Positions 34,373-59,204 are shown, counted from the first letter of the stretch. The stretch: DNA of 64,000 nucleotides from Eledone cirrhosa (GCA_964016885.1 CAXHJY010001660.1:1108-65107); one strand, 5' to 3'. The notes: generated by a model from the letters alone, not told the origin. A program made the numbers and translations.

Positions 34373-34443
34373 AAAATTTTACCAATCTGATGCGCTTCTC
34401 AGAGACGATGAGTTCTTCCAGAACCTAATGACTGTTACACAAG
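34373..34443 (+). CDS. RUN-domain protein exon: KFYQSDALLRDDEFFQNLMTVTQ
   Basis: ttttattttcag acceptor, AG/gtaaat donor, phase 2->1. FY...ALLRD is the C-terminal RUN block. Confidence 0.88.
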
Positions 34444-34936
34444 GTAAATCTAAGTTTAATGTGATATGTCTATTTGGCTGCTATAGCATAATACACACGC
34501 CCATTTCAGATCTACCTGAAGATAAGTCAGTAATAAGCAGAGGCACGACAGAAACAGTCGAGGACAACACCATCGATAAGAGTTGGACCCATTTGAATTT
34601 TGGAATAAAAGAGTTTTTCTTTATCGATTCTCGGATAAGCCCCGTAGCTTATACCCCCCTCTCTAAATGTTGTTAAGCCTGACATCGGATCAACAAATCA
34701 ATCAATCAAGTAACTGACACGTTACGTATGCTAGAGACAGGTAAATCAATAAACTAGCATGTAGTATCGCATAGAAAAGCATGAACATCACAGTATTAAC
34801 TAGATCAAAATATTACACAATATAACTGAGATATAGTGAAATCAGTATTGACAATTTTAATGCAAGACTCATTAAAACGCCGACTGAAATAATTAAGCAG
34901 TGAGGAAAAGTCAAGCTCAATCAAGGACAAGCCTAA

Positions 34937-35155
34937 CCCTTTAACATTTAAACCGGACATATGCAGCCAGAATTTTCTCACCTCTTTCTGTCCAAACCAG
35001 CTATAACTGGCCCGTCATACCAACATAAAGGTATTGTTCTCAAAATAAATAATATCAAAATCTCATAGATTCGATATTATGAGATAATTATGTAAGATAA
35101 AGCCTTTACACTGAAAATACAATAGCATATGTAGAATAATGTAAATGCTAAAGGG
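34937..35155. mobile_element. piggyBac-like MITE (second copy)
   Basis: ctaa-ccctttaacattt ... aaatgctaaaggg-ttaa; homologous to 30858-31067. Confidence 0.75.
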
Positions 35156-35242
35156 TTAATCAATGATTAAAATTAATTTTTGGTTTTGGTATAATAATGC
35201 GTTCATCAGGGAAGCATAATCGATATACAATTGTTGTTTCAG

Positions 35243-35293
35243 ATTTGGATCAAAACACCCACGAAAAGAAAGAAAAATTTAAGCATGCTGCTG
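35243..35293 (+). CDS. 51-nt exon: DLDQNTHEKKEKFKHAA
   Basis: ttgttgtttcag acceptor, gtaagt donor, phase 1->1, open. Confidence 0.65.
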
Positions 35294-36459
35294 GTAAGTA
35301 ATATCAAAACAGAATTCAATATTTCAGGAACGGAACTGTAATGCGTTCCCCAAATCCTTTCAAAGAATATCAATAGACGAAATTGTTGTTTAGGCTGAGA
35401 TAGGTCTTCCTCAAAGACAGCCCAGTGGTGACCAACCCGCCTTTTAATAGGTAATCCAATATGTTTATTGTCGGGGCTATCTTTTCTGCAGATTGCATTG
35501 TATAGTGTTTTGGCCACTACATCATAGGTAGATAGTACCGTGATGACATATTTGGGAAGCTGCTTATGACACGGGTGATATCTTCAATGTTAATTCTGCA
35601 CGTGTTGTCACATGTCTGTCTGTCTGTCTCAGTATCGGTAGAGTGTCGGACGCCATGCTTTCCAGCATAGTTATGTCCCTTTACAGTCTGAGTTCGAATC
35701 CCGCCGAGGTTAACTTGGCCTTTCATCCTTACGGTGGGGTGGGGGTCAATAAAATAAAGTACCAGTAATGCACTGGGGTAATTTCTGGCCTTGTGCCAAA
35801 AGTAGAAACATTATTATTATTATTTGAATTCTTCTTGTGAGGAAGAAGCTCATTCATAACAAAGAAACAAACTCCGTTGGTAGATTTTGGATAACAAAAC
35901 CAATGAGCGTCACACGTTCAACCTTAGAAAATCTTGCACATTTTTACTATTGTATTTGTAAAGCCGATCAATGTCACTTAGGCAACTATCATATCCAAGT
36001 ATATCTATAGTCTTCGATATAAAGGTGAATTTGAAGGATTCGAAGCAGTTTTCCATAATTGTTCTTCAGTATCGGTAGAGGGTCGGACGGCATGCCTTGA
36101 CGCATTGAGTTACGGCCCTTGCCATTCTGAGTCCAAATCCCGCCGAGGTTAACTTTGCCTTTCATCCTTACGGGGTCGAGAAAATAAAGTACCAGTAATG
36201 CACTGGATAATTTCTGGCCTTATGCCAAAAGTAGAAACAATTAATTTTGGAAGAATTTATTCACATCTGACTTCTACGACAGTACATATTTTAAAAACTT
36301 TTTTGTCGCAAACAATTATATCAGACCTGTTATGTTTGCATTTGGCGAATGTTTTGATTGGGATGTTTCATAAATACGTCAAACTAAATAGACGCCCCCT
36401 CCTCTACTCTCCCACGTATATGCATTGATGCTGAAATGGTTTTTTGTTATTATTTTTAG

Positions 36460-36501
36460 GTAAAGCAAAGTTAGTCAATGAAGAAAATGTATGTTCGAAT
36501 G
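36460..36501 (+). CDS. 42-nt exon: GKAKLVNEENVCSN
   Basis: ttatttttag acceptor, gtaagc donor, phase 1->1, open. Confidence 0.6.
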
Positions 36502-37197
36502 GTAAGCGTTTCTACTTTTTAATAAATTTTCTAAGGAGCAAGAAATTTACTTCGCAATTTCTTGCTTCTGGAGAGCTTGATACGACTGAGCGACATCTTA
36601 CGCAAATAACGTGTTGTTATTGTTGGATTGGCAGTATCCGTAGAGGGTCGGACGCCATGCTTTGCAGCACAGAATTACGGCCCTTTATGGTCTGAGTTCA
36701 AATCCTGCCAAGGTTAACTTTGCCTTTCATCCTTACGGGGTCGATGAAATAAAGTACCAGTAATGCACTGGGTAATTGCTGGCCTTGTATCTCCTTGAAT
36801 GTTCAATGTTACAGTTCAACATGAAGAGGTAGAATAGCTTCAACTTGAATTGATTTGAGATTTGAAATTTCTGGTAGGAACTTAAAAATGAGAACTGTAC
36901 ATCGAGTAAGTCTCACAAAGCTATTTGAAGCTACTCATAATATGGATTTACACTGAAAACGCTATGCTATTTTTTTGTTCACCCCAAGGCAAGGCAATAA
37001 AGCCATTAAAATGTAAAGGGGTTACTGAGAAGGGAGGATGAAAAGACAGAAATAACTTAATTCCAGAAGAGTGATAATGACGATTGATGTTGCTTTTGAA
37101 TTTTTGCAAATTGTAATGGCAAGTAAAGCAAATATTATGTGTACGAACGTGCGTTTGTATGGAAGTTTATTCTGCAATTTTGTCTTTTTCATTTCAG

Positions 37198-37245
37198 CTT
37201 TTATTAGTAGAAACTTTGGTGAGGAAGAGCCAGTCCTTGATACAG
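37198..37245 (+). CDS. 48-nt exon: AFISRNFGEEEPVLDT
   Basis: tctttttcatttcag acceptor, CAG/gtaagt donor, phase 1->1, open. Confidence 0.7.
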
Positions 37246-37789
37246 GTAAGTTACTTCAACAACAATACAGTTTTGTCTTATCTAGAGACAAATATAAAAT
37301 AATTGTCTGAATTATTATTGGATACTTTAGATTAGACACGATATTAAATTTTATTTCAAGTCTACAGATTTTCTGCAGTTTATCCATCTAACAATAAAAA
37401 AATGAAAGAAAAAAAAAAGCCTGTTCTCACGAGATTTAAACTTTTAATGATGATCAATGTCTTCTTATATGTTGATAATTTTACGCTATTTACTATAGAT
37501 GGTAAAAAAACAACAAAAAACCAAAAACCAAAAATAACGATGGTCCAATTGATTTAGTAAAGAGATTTGTATGAACCTAACATTTGTGAATTTTACAAAA
37601 CCATCCCATAATTAGGAAAATTGCCTCAATTTGACATGGGGCTACACAAGAATAACAACAACAACCACGTACAAGTGTCTGTGGAATACTCAACTATTTA
37701 GTTACAGTGTTACGCAGCTGAGTCTACGCAAGTATTACATTATGAGTACACGTAATAAAAAAAAACTAGTTGAAGGATTTTAGGTATCG

Positions 37790-38360
37790 TTATTTGTCAG
37801 TCTGGACGAGCTCCGCATCTCCATTGCACTCCGAGTGGGAGCAGATGTCTGTGGGGTGTGTGAAATGTCGATGTGGTAGGTCTCTCGATGTCACAGGCCT
37901 CCACGGTTTGTCCTGCCACCTGAATGCTTGTCGCTTCTCCCACCACACCGAACTACACCTGATCATTAAGTGAGCCCCAGCTCGGCTAAATATCTCCAAA
38001 GTTCTGGAGCAGGCTGGATTATCCAGAATTGATGGGAAGAGACCAGATGTCGACCAGATGTCTCATCTGGGATGTCACAGTCAGTGACTCTCTTACTTTC
38101 TCCCACATCATGGCGCGGTAAATGTGAAAGTTACTGCTTCCGTTGTCGAACGGAATAGAATACCGGGAACTATCAAACAATTATTTTTCCAGCCTGTGGA
38201 GTTTGCGACATTTGGTAGAGTTGGGGTGCTGATAGGGAAGTTTTTGTCATCGTTGGCGTCTCTCCTTACCGAAGTGTCAGGTGATACCCGTGAGAGTGCC
38301 TGGTTGTTTCAGCGTCTTAGCCTCGCCATTACCCGTGGTAATGCGTATTGGCTTGCCTCA
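37790..38360 (+). pseudogene. Decayed CRE-like non-LTR retrotransposon C-terminus (Zn knuckle plus restriction-like endonuclease)
   Basis: CRCG..LD..GLHGLSC...H, DGKRPD, WDVT, FQPVEFATFG, WLFQRLSLAITRGNA, spread across frameshifts. Confidence 0.7.
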
Positions 38361-38645
38361 AAAATGTCAGTTGAACCTTGTGAAATGCGGCCGATTATCG
38401 TATTCGGTGGTGAGATGATGGTCATTTTCGTTTTAGTTCCACCTCTTTTTTTTCTTTCTCTCTCTTTGATTGTATATATTGGTGCGTTGTATTTGTAAGG
38501 TTCCTAGCAATAGTTAATTGTATTTATTATATGTGCTTATATTTGGGTTTAAATTTTAATTCTGAAAGAATTGTTAACAATTTGTAATGTTATTTATACA
38601 ACTGTGAATAAAATAAATTGTCGAACCGTGTTTTCTTCTTTACAG

Positions 38646-40616
38646 AGATCGTTGAGAAATATGAAAACAGTACAAGGAGACACGATCATAGAGATTCTTT
38701 AAGAAATGGTGTGGAGCCAGTGTCTAGCAATCGCTCTCAACATAATCTTATAAAGAATAGATCTCGAGATAGTTTAACGAGTAGAAAGTCATCATCTTCG
38801 CTAAAAAGTGTTGGAGATGATTCTATGCAAAACAAAACTAATGCGAAGACAACTGTGAATGTAAAGAACGCCAAAATAAACGACAGACATGTTAGATGTT
38901 TTATATCTCCCTCGTCTTCATGGTATTATGACCCACTTAATGCCGTATGTAAAATTCCGTCATTAAAACCTGTCCGAAGTTCATCGACTGGAGCTTTAGT
39001 CAATATTAAAGACAAATTCCAACCAAAACGAAGTTCAAGCTGTAGTAGTAATCCACTTATGAAGCGAAATTCTCTCAAAAAACAAAACCATTCCCATTCT
39101 TTGGATCGAAATCTAAACCATTCAATTTCGAATTGTAGTTCAATCGGTTCACCCGAAACCGGAAATAAGATACCCACATCGAACTGTGTCAAAATCCGTA
39201 AGTGTCGCACGCGTTCTCCCAGTATAAGAGATGTTAATGAGGATCTGATTGGTTCTTCGCCTAAAGATAACATCAGTGAAATGTCTTGCTCTGACACTTC
39301 AACCAAAACACTTACCTCGGAAATAGTCAAAGGAATTCATAAGCAACAGACGTCTACCCATTGCTCTCCGTCCAGTAAAAGCAACAAGCAAAATAATTCG
39401 CCACAATCGGAGGTAGCACAGAATAAAAGGAAATCTGATCATTCTAAGGAATATTTACAAAATGAAATTATTGAAGAGGTGGCGAATGATTCTTCAACTT
39501 TGCCGGTTGTAAAAGAAAACAGTAAAACGAACCATAAAGTGTATGCTTCTGCATTTTCTTCATCATCTACTTCATCATCATCGTCTTCTCTAAAGGCTCC
39601 AATGCCTGCTGCAGCTGCAGGTGGACTTGGTCCACAAGGTGATTGTGAAGCACTGGCTTTTCGAAAAACAAGTAATAGGTCATCTAGTAAAATCAATCGA
39701 AAATCTTGGCCTTTTTACCAAAATCAATTGCTAGATATTTGTCCAGGATCATCAGCTATCCCCAAGCTGAAATCTAGTCACCTTTCCACCGATCGTCTAA
39801 CTAGAAATGACAAGAAAAAGCAACGCAGTCAGTCATTTGATAAAGATGGTACTGCAGGTCTGACAACTCCTTACATTAATACCCCTGCTGCAGGCCAACC
39901 GAAGGTATCTAATTATTCAATCACTTCCTCTGGTTCATTTGTCTCGGCCAGTAGCTACTCAACAGAATCTTACGAGTCTTTATTCACATCAGAAGAATGC
40001 AACGAAGCAACAGAAGAAACTAGCATGAAACGCTGCTCTTCTCACACAGAGTCATCACCTACTCTTCAATATATTAGTGCAGAAGGTACATCAGTCGGTG
40101 GTAGCACGTCAGCCGAATCCTTCGCAACGGTTAATGAATCGGCCACAGAACATGTATCGGTCAACGGCAGCACGTCTGCCGATTCTTTCGCAACCGTAGA
40201 CGGCTCTTCTGCAGATTCTTCACAAAGCATGCGCAGATTTCCACCAACACTTCAGGAACAACCAGCACCACCAGGACCAACGTTATTCTTAACAACTTCA
40301 ACTTCCACCGATTCTTCCCAGTCATCGTTGTCACCTTCTCTTTCTCCCCGTTCTCGCTCTTTGCAGTTGTCACCTTTTGTGCCATCAGCATCAACCATTT
40401 CGCCATCTTCATCGAAATCATTAACACCGAATGCCTCAAATGCGCCAAACGTACAATCAGTACATGAATCACCTGCAAAAACTTGCACGTCTTCTTCAAC
40501 ACAATGTTCACCGTCAGACATTCCAAACACCGAATTCTTGCCTTCTCATGTGTTAGGACCTCTTATCGGTTTCGACGCACTTTCTATACATTCCATCAAC
40601 AGAAATTATTCTAAAG
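38646..40616 (+). CDS. 1971-nt Ser/Thr-rich exon of the RUN-domain protein (likely disordered)
   Basis: Lies inside ORF 38618..40951. ttcttctttacag acceptor, AAG/gtacgt donor, phase 1->1. An internal 22-aa repeat differs mostly at third codon positions. Confidence 0.9.
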
Positions 40617-41334
40617 GTACGTTTACATTATATGTTATTTCTTCTTTCAAAATATGCACACATGCACATATACATACACACACTCTTACACACACTCTTA
40701 CATGCACTTACACATACACTTACACATACACTTACACACACACTCCCAGACAAAATACACACCTACACACACGCACACACATACATCTCCACAAACACAC
40801 CTCCACACACCCACGCACACATAGACACTCACCCACGCTCACACAGGCACACACCCACGCACACACAGACACCCACGCACACACCCACGCACACACAGGC
40901 ACACATACACGCGTACACACTCATATAAAGTTATGTATTTGTGTTCATTAGGTGTTCGCTTTGCAACCACTTGATTTCGGCTTCAGTCCCACTGGGTGAC
41001 GCTCTTTAGTTGACGGGAATTGTATGGCAGCTCGTCACGCACGCACACGCACAATACACTCGCCTCCTCCTCATCATCATTTAACGTCCGTTTTCCCTGC
41101 TAACAAGGTTAGTGTATGTATGTGTGTATGGATGGATGAATATGTGTATGGGTTATGTAGTCCAACCCTAAAAAACGGAGCTCATCTTCTAAGAAATACC
41201 ATTGATTAAAGAGGTCTGTTTGATGGGGTTCTTTTGCGGCTAAGTAACAACAATACATATAACTTGTATACACATTCATTCTTTTCAACAATTCTTTAAA
41301 AATAAAATAAAATATTTGTCTTCCTACATATATT

Positions 41335-41560
41335 CATCATCACCCGGTGGCCTCAGCCGAAATCGACTCGACAATTGATCTCCACATGGATCTTTCGTTC
41401 ATTGCCGTTGCCAAATCTTTGATTTCAATACCAGAATCTCTGAAGATGATATCGGAATAGGAGAGCTTGCGCCCCCTGTTATTAGTGACTGCTTGTGATT
41501 TCCAAAGCCCTAGTGGGGACACAACCTCATAGGTGGCACGATGGCAGTGGTCAGCAAATC
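41335..41560 (-). mobile_element. RTE-clade LINE 3' end
   Basis: LW...RGRKLSYSDII.RD.G...L.TAMNER..WR.IV followed by a (TGA)n tail. Confidence 0.65.
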
Positions 41561-42664
41561 TTACTCTCCTTTTACGTACAACGACAGATATGCGTGGGAG
41601 GCTGGCATATTAGTAGTATCGTTAGATCGTCGGTTAGAATGCTTTATGATGTTCGTTATGGCTTTCTGCTCTCAAAGTTCAAATCCCACTGAATGTCAAC
41701 TTTGCCTTTTATTCTTTCGAGGTCGATAAAAAAAAGTACCAATCTAACACTGGGGTCGATTCTTCCTTTCTCGGGAAGAAATCTGCTGTACTCAGGCCTG
41801 GAGAGGGACCATACAAAATACAAATATATTAGAAATCTATATTTCAAAATATTGTGGCATAGAACATTCTTAGAAATGCACCTGTAGAAAACTACGATCA
41901 ATTTACAGGAAATAAATGAAATATTTGTAGTTTGATTTCTTCACACACAAAGGTGCTGAAATATTTTATTTATTTTAGCGTGAGATCTTGACACTGTTAA
42001 GCAAATAATTTAACACATCTTGCTTTCTATGTAGTTCGGTGATTCATTGTTGAATTTGTTAAACAATGGCAGGTCAAAACATCAGATTCCTTCTGCATCC
42101 CCAAACGTGGCATATAAACATACAAACTCACGTACATAAGTGTGTTTATCTTCTCTTTTCTCTCTTTTCCACAGACCTCATTCCTCATCTCTGTTTTCTT
42201 ATTGATTCTGTTAAAAAGTGGGTGAGGTAGTAAATCCGGCGATGGGGTACCTTTACAAAAATATCAGTTTTTAAAAAAAAATATTTACCTTTGGGAAAGT
42301 TTTTCTTTTTCCTAATGCCTAAGGCCACACGGAGTCATTGAGGAAGTACATGAGTGGTCACTGGATCTACTAGAAATAGTTGCCGAATCTTCTTCAAATA
42401 CTACCTCACAGTTTTAGAAAATGATATAGGCAACAATGTGGTTCTTTGTTCACTGTATACAACAAAATAATGGGATGGTCATGGTTGGAATACTTCCCAT
42501 AATAGGTTACATCGACTAGTGTGTTTACCAAAGACTAAACGACATGAATAACTCAAGGTGATGCGCCAACTCAAAAGAATCTAATGAATTAAAAGTTGTC
42601 ACTGTGTTTGTTAAAGAACAGATTAATACATAACTGCAGCACCACATTTTCACTTAGTTTCTAC

Positions 42665-43110
42665 CACCAGAATTAATTATTAAGCCAATCATAAAGCATG
42701 GCTTGGACGCTGCAGGCGTCTCCTCCCAGCACGAGCCGGTGGGGCTGGACCAAGGGGATGGCAAAAGGCCAAACGGTATGACCATCTTCCCGTTCCGTGG
42801 TGGCAAACTCCTTGTCTGGGATGCCACTTGCAGCAACACTTTCTCCAGCCGCAACCTGGAGTTCTGCTGCACTTCAGGCTGAGGAGGGCACACTGTCCAA
42901 GTACCGATCGCTCTCCGACAGGTTTGCGATCGTTCCCTTAGCAGTGGAAACTTCTGGTGTCCTTGGCGCTAGGGCTACCTCCCTACTTAACACCATAGGT
43001 GTGAGCCTCGTGAGATGGAATGGCTCTTCCAGCGCATCTCCCTTACCATCCTCCGGGGTAATGCCTTCTCCATTCTGCTTGCCGGGGCTGTGGAGTGGGC
43101 AGCATATGGG
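42665..43110 (+). pseudogene. Decayed CRE-like retrotransposon RLE domain
   Basis: DGKRPNGMTIFPF.GGKLLVWDATC, FAIVPLAVETSGVLG, WLFQRISLTILRGNA. Confidence 0.72.
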
Positions 43111-43639
43111 ACCCCATTCGCTCATAATATAGAGATGGGGAGGGGGAGAGAGATGGAGGCGATGACAGTAGGAGTTCGGATCTTCCGTGTTCGGACACGT
43201 ATATTTATTGACCTCTTCTTCTTCCCACGCATATTCTTACATAATCTTAATAAATCAACGTCGATGACTTATACATTCAATATGTTGGTATTGTTGAGTC
43301 AGCTTTCAGTTTTACAAGCAATAGGTAGCCCTCGGGATTTTTGCTCGGTATATTCTAACAAATGAAGAATCTAACAGAATTCTTTCACTCCAAACAATAG
43401 TCAATTCTAGTTAGCTCTTTATTGCACACTGATTTATATTTAACACTAACTAAACCAATTGTAAAGATAATTGTTTTGAACAAATAATATTAATCTATTT
43501 GCTAATCGTTACAGAGTCATTATTCTTCAAATTACAACACATGCACGCACACATATGCATATTCCCCCACTCTTCATTATTTTACTTGGTGCCTTGCTCT
43601 TCAAGATAGAATCCATTTTACTATTGTTGTAAAACATGA

Positions 43640-43712
43640 GAAGAATTAGCTCAGATGGTAGAACGCTCGCTTTGCATGCGAGAGGTACCGGGATCGTTGC
43701 TCGGATTCTCCA
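43640..43712 (+). pseudogene. tRNA-Ala(TGC) pseudogene
   Basis: Cloverleaf with perfect anticodon arm CTCGC-TTTGCAT-GCGAG. The acceptor stem has an A2.C71 mismatch and A3-U70 in place of G3.U70; there is also a D-stem mismatch and T at position 58. Confidence 0.75.
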
Positions 43713-44478
43713 TGTGTCAAGATTTCTTTTAGGGCGGTGGATTGGCAGTATCGGTAGAGGGTCGGATGCCATGCTTTGCAGCATAGAGTTACGGCCCCTT
43801 ATGATGTGAGGTTAACTTTGCCTTTCATCCTTATGGAGTCGATAAAATAAAGTACAAGTCACAATTTATTCGACTTTCCCCTCCTCCCAAATTGCTGGCC
43901 TTGTGCAAAACAAAATTCAAAGCAATTATTGATTGCAGTTCTCTAACTGGCGTCATATACGATTCTCATAAAAAAATCTCAGATTAGAATGAAATTTACG
44001 GCAAATCTACGTTGAATAGAATATATTTTAACCATTTGTCTCAAATGAGTAGAACTGAATATATGCAAGGGTGATAGGGGAGGAATTGTCTCCTTCATAA
44101 TTCTACATATACACACATTTTCGTTTCCTTGTTTCTTTAAAATTATAAAATGATTAATTTTCATAATTTTAATTATAAAATAGTTGTGTAGATGTTTAAT
44201 TAAGAAAGTGCGACAATCTGTTACATTAATAATAATGATTTCTAGTATAGACACAAGGCCAGTAATTGGGGGAAAGGGGAAAGTCAATTAAATCGACCCC
44301 AGTATTTCACTGGTACTTTATTTTATCGACCCCGTAAGGATGAAAAGAAAAGTTAACTTCAGTGACATTTGAACTCAGAACGTAAAGGGCCATAACTATG
44401 CTTCAAAGCATGGTGTCTGACGGACGCGCGTTACACCTCAATAGATTTAATGAAATTTTAACAATTCCATTTTTATTA

Positions 44479-44565
<87 letters not shown>

Positions 44566-44616
44566 GTATATATATATATTTATATGTATATATTTATATG
44601 TATATATATATATTTA

Positions 44617-44658
<42 letters not shown>

Positions 44659-44696
44659 TTTCAGAATTATACTGTATTATTTTCCTATTTGTTCAG

Positions 44697-44857
44697 GGGA
44701 AACATCTCCGTCGCACAGTAACGATGTCGAATGCGGTTCTTTCCCAATCACTCCAGACGACAGTATCAGCGACATAACGACACCCAGGCATTCATTTGCA
44801 GACAGCATGGCTGACCAGATCAGTTTAGATAGTACCAGTACTTCAGATGGCAGTCAG
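44697..44857 (+). CDS. Exon: [54 protein letters not shown]
   Basis: tttcctatttgttcag acceptor, phase 1 entry matches the large exon, CAG/gtgtag donor (or read-through to TAG at 44861-44863). Coding-like GC content in an AT-rich context. Confidence 0.8.
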
Positions 44858-45171
44858 GTGTAGTATCTGCTATATATATATTTTTATAGATGTTTTATCA
44901 CATTTCTTAAACTGTAGCTACCCGACCGTTCACGGTAACTATGCTAACATTAACCCTGATCCTAAATCTAACTCTAACCTTAACCCTAACCCTAACCTTA
45001 CTTTTAATTCTAACATTAACTCTCACATACTCATATTTCTATACCACCACTTTCATCTTAAGGAACAATAAAACACTAAACGTATGTCATTAAAAAAAGG
45101 GAGTTTTATGTTGTTTATTGTATTTTATTATATTCTAACTAATTACGGCCCTTTCCATTCTGAGTTCAAAT

Positions 45172-56182
<11,011 letters not shown>

Positions 56183-56183
<1 letters not shown>

Positions 56184-56570
56184 TACCCAACTACACCTCT
56201 CAAAGTCAATGACACACGACCGTGACTTCTGGCGTCACGCAGTAATACAGGGTACCCGACCTCCCATGGGTACATGCTGAAGCATATAAACAATATGTCC
56301 CCCCCCCCCCACCGCAAGGTGGTCGTGGAGGTGCCACGGCAAAAAAAGCACCCAGCCCCACACTGTAAAGTGGACGTGTAGGCGCCACGAAAAAGCACCC
56401 AGCACTCACTGTAAATGAGGTTGGTGTTAGGAAGGGCATCCAGCTGTAGAAATCAAGCCAGATCAGTTCCTGTATGAGCAAGGCATGGTCAGCCGACCAG
56501 ACACTGCCCACAACAGGACAACCCGTCTAACCCATGCTAGCGTGGAAGAACGGACGTAAAACGGTGATGA

Positions 56571-56572
<2 letters not shown>
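56183..56572 (+). mobile_element. RTE-like 3' fragment plus SINE body ending in (GAT)n
   Basis: DRDFWRHAV-like end and gaagggcatccagctgtagaaa motif; homologous to 348-520. Confidence 0.6.
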
Positions 56573-56661
<89 letters not shown>

Positions 56662-56664
<3 letters not shown>

Positions 56665-56710
56665 TCCTGATGATTTCTAATTAATGAAATAGTTCTAGTC
56701 CCGTAGAATC
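56662..56710 (+). ncRNA. Degenerate family A hammerhead
   Basis: Core CTGATGA and GAAA retained, but stems II and III carry mismatches. Confidence 0.45.
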
Positions 56711-56807
56711 TCATCTATATTAAAACTTTTATACTCTGCTATGTATTGAGTACTTTACTTACTGTGGTTACCTCCGATTCAACCCGGAATAACGTATATA
56801 TATATAC

Positions 56808-56853
<46 letters not shown>

Positions 56854-56899
56854 ACACATATATATATATATATACACATATATATATATATATATACAC

Positions 56900-56930
<31 letters not shown>

Positions 56931-56955
56931 TATATACATATATATATATATACAC

Positions 56956-56990
<35 letters not shown>

Positions 56991-56994
56991 CACA

Positions 56995-57026
<32 letters not shown>

Positions 57027-57032
57027 CACACA

Positions 57033-57292
<260 letters not shown>

Positions 57293-57293
57293 C

Positions 57294-57346
<53 letters not shown>

Positions 57347-57387
57347 CATATATATATATATACATATATATACATATATATATATTC

Positions 57388-57422
<35 letters not shown>

Positions 57423-57423
57423 T

Positions 57424-57461
<38 letters not shown>

Positions 57462-57497
57462 GCATATACATACACACATATATATATATATATATAT

Positions 57498-57608
<111 letters not shown>

Positions 57609-57643
57609 TATATATATATACACATATATATATATATATACAC

Positions 57644-57676
<33 letters not shown>

Positions 57677-57691
57677 TATATATATATACAC

Positions 57692-57724
<33 letters not shown>

Positions 57725-57806
57725 TATATATATATATACACATATATATATATATACACATATATATATATATACTATATATATATATACACATATATAT
57801 ATATAT

Positions 57807-57885
<79 letters not shown>

Positions 57886-57995
57886 TATATATATATATAT
57901 ACACATATAGTACGTTATTCCGGGTTGAATCGGAGGTAACCACAGTAAGTAAGGTACTCAATACATAGCAGAGTATAACAGTTTTAATATAGATG

Positions 57996-58046
57996 AGATT
58001 CTACAGGACTAGAACTGTTTCATTCATTAGAAATCATCAGGAATCT
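57996..58046 (-). ncRNA. Type I hammerhead ribozyme motif, family A
   Basis: Minus strand: agattc-CTGATGA-t-ttc(taat)gaa-t-GAAA-cag(ttctagtc)ctg-TA^-gaatct. Confidence 0.75.
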
Positions 58047-58257
58047 GGGTATCACGCCATCCAGAACCTGTTTATAGAAATCTGTCTGCCTTTGTTACTC
58101 TAAAAACATAAATAAATATAAATTAACTATAGCTATGTAGAATTAGCTTTTAATGAATTCCCTTCTCTATCAACCAATGACCTGCACCCATCCCACTCCC
58201 CACCCTCTCCTACCACTTGTAGAGACCTATAAATACCATATTTATTTTTTGATACCC

Positions 58258-58311
58258 AGATTCCTGATGATTTCTTCTAATGAATGAAACAGTTCTAGTC
58301 CTGTAGAATCT
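58258..58311 (+). ncRNA. Type I hammerhead ribozyme motif, family A
   Basis: agattc/gaatct stem I, intact core, 3-nt duplication confined to loop II. Confidence 0.72.
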
Positions 58312-58331
58312 CATCTATATTAAAACTATAT

Positions 58332-58396
<65 letters not shown>

Positions 58397-58455
58397 TATA
58401 TATATATACACATATATATATATATCTATACACATATATATATATATATATACAC

Positions 58456-58644
<189 letters not shown>

Positions 58645-58721
58645 TATATATATATATATATATACACATATATATATATATATACACATATATATATATA
58701 TATATGTACACATATATGTAT

Positions 58722-58755
<34 letters not shown>

Positions 58756-58781
58756 ATATATATATGTACACATATATGTAT

Positions 58782-58815
<34 letters not shown>

Positions 58816-58833
58816 ATATATATATATATACAC

Positions 58834-58886
<53 letters not shown>

Positions 58887-58889
58887 CAC

Positions 58890-58920
<31 letters not shown>

Positions 58921-58923
58921 CAC

Positions 58924-59052
<129 letters not shown>

Positions 59053-59112
59053 TATATATATACATATATATATATACATACACATATATATATATATATA
59101 TATACATACACA

Positions 59113-59148
<36 letters not shown>

Positions 59149-59171
59149 CACACATATATATATATATACAC

Positions 59172-59204
<33 letters not shown>

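Noticed and set aside
34510-34676. In-frame candidate exon DLPEDKSV... after the last RUN exon
   Set aside because: Weak polypyrimidine tract and no phase-compatible strong donor. It cannot be excluded as a minor terminal exon.
40617-40951. C-terminal HT-rich tail of ORF 38618..40951
   Set aside because: Lies after a good donor site and is CA microsatellite.
44945-45020. Telomere-like (CCTAAC)n
   Set aside because: Short and degenerate; typical TE-internal simple repeat, not an interstitial telomere.
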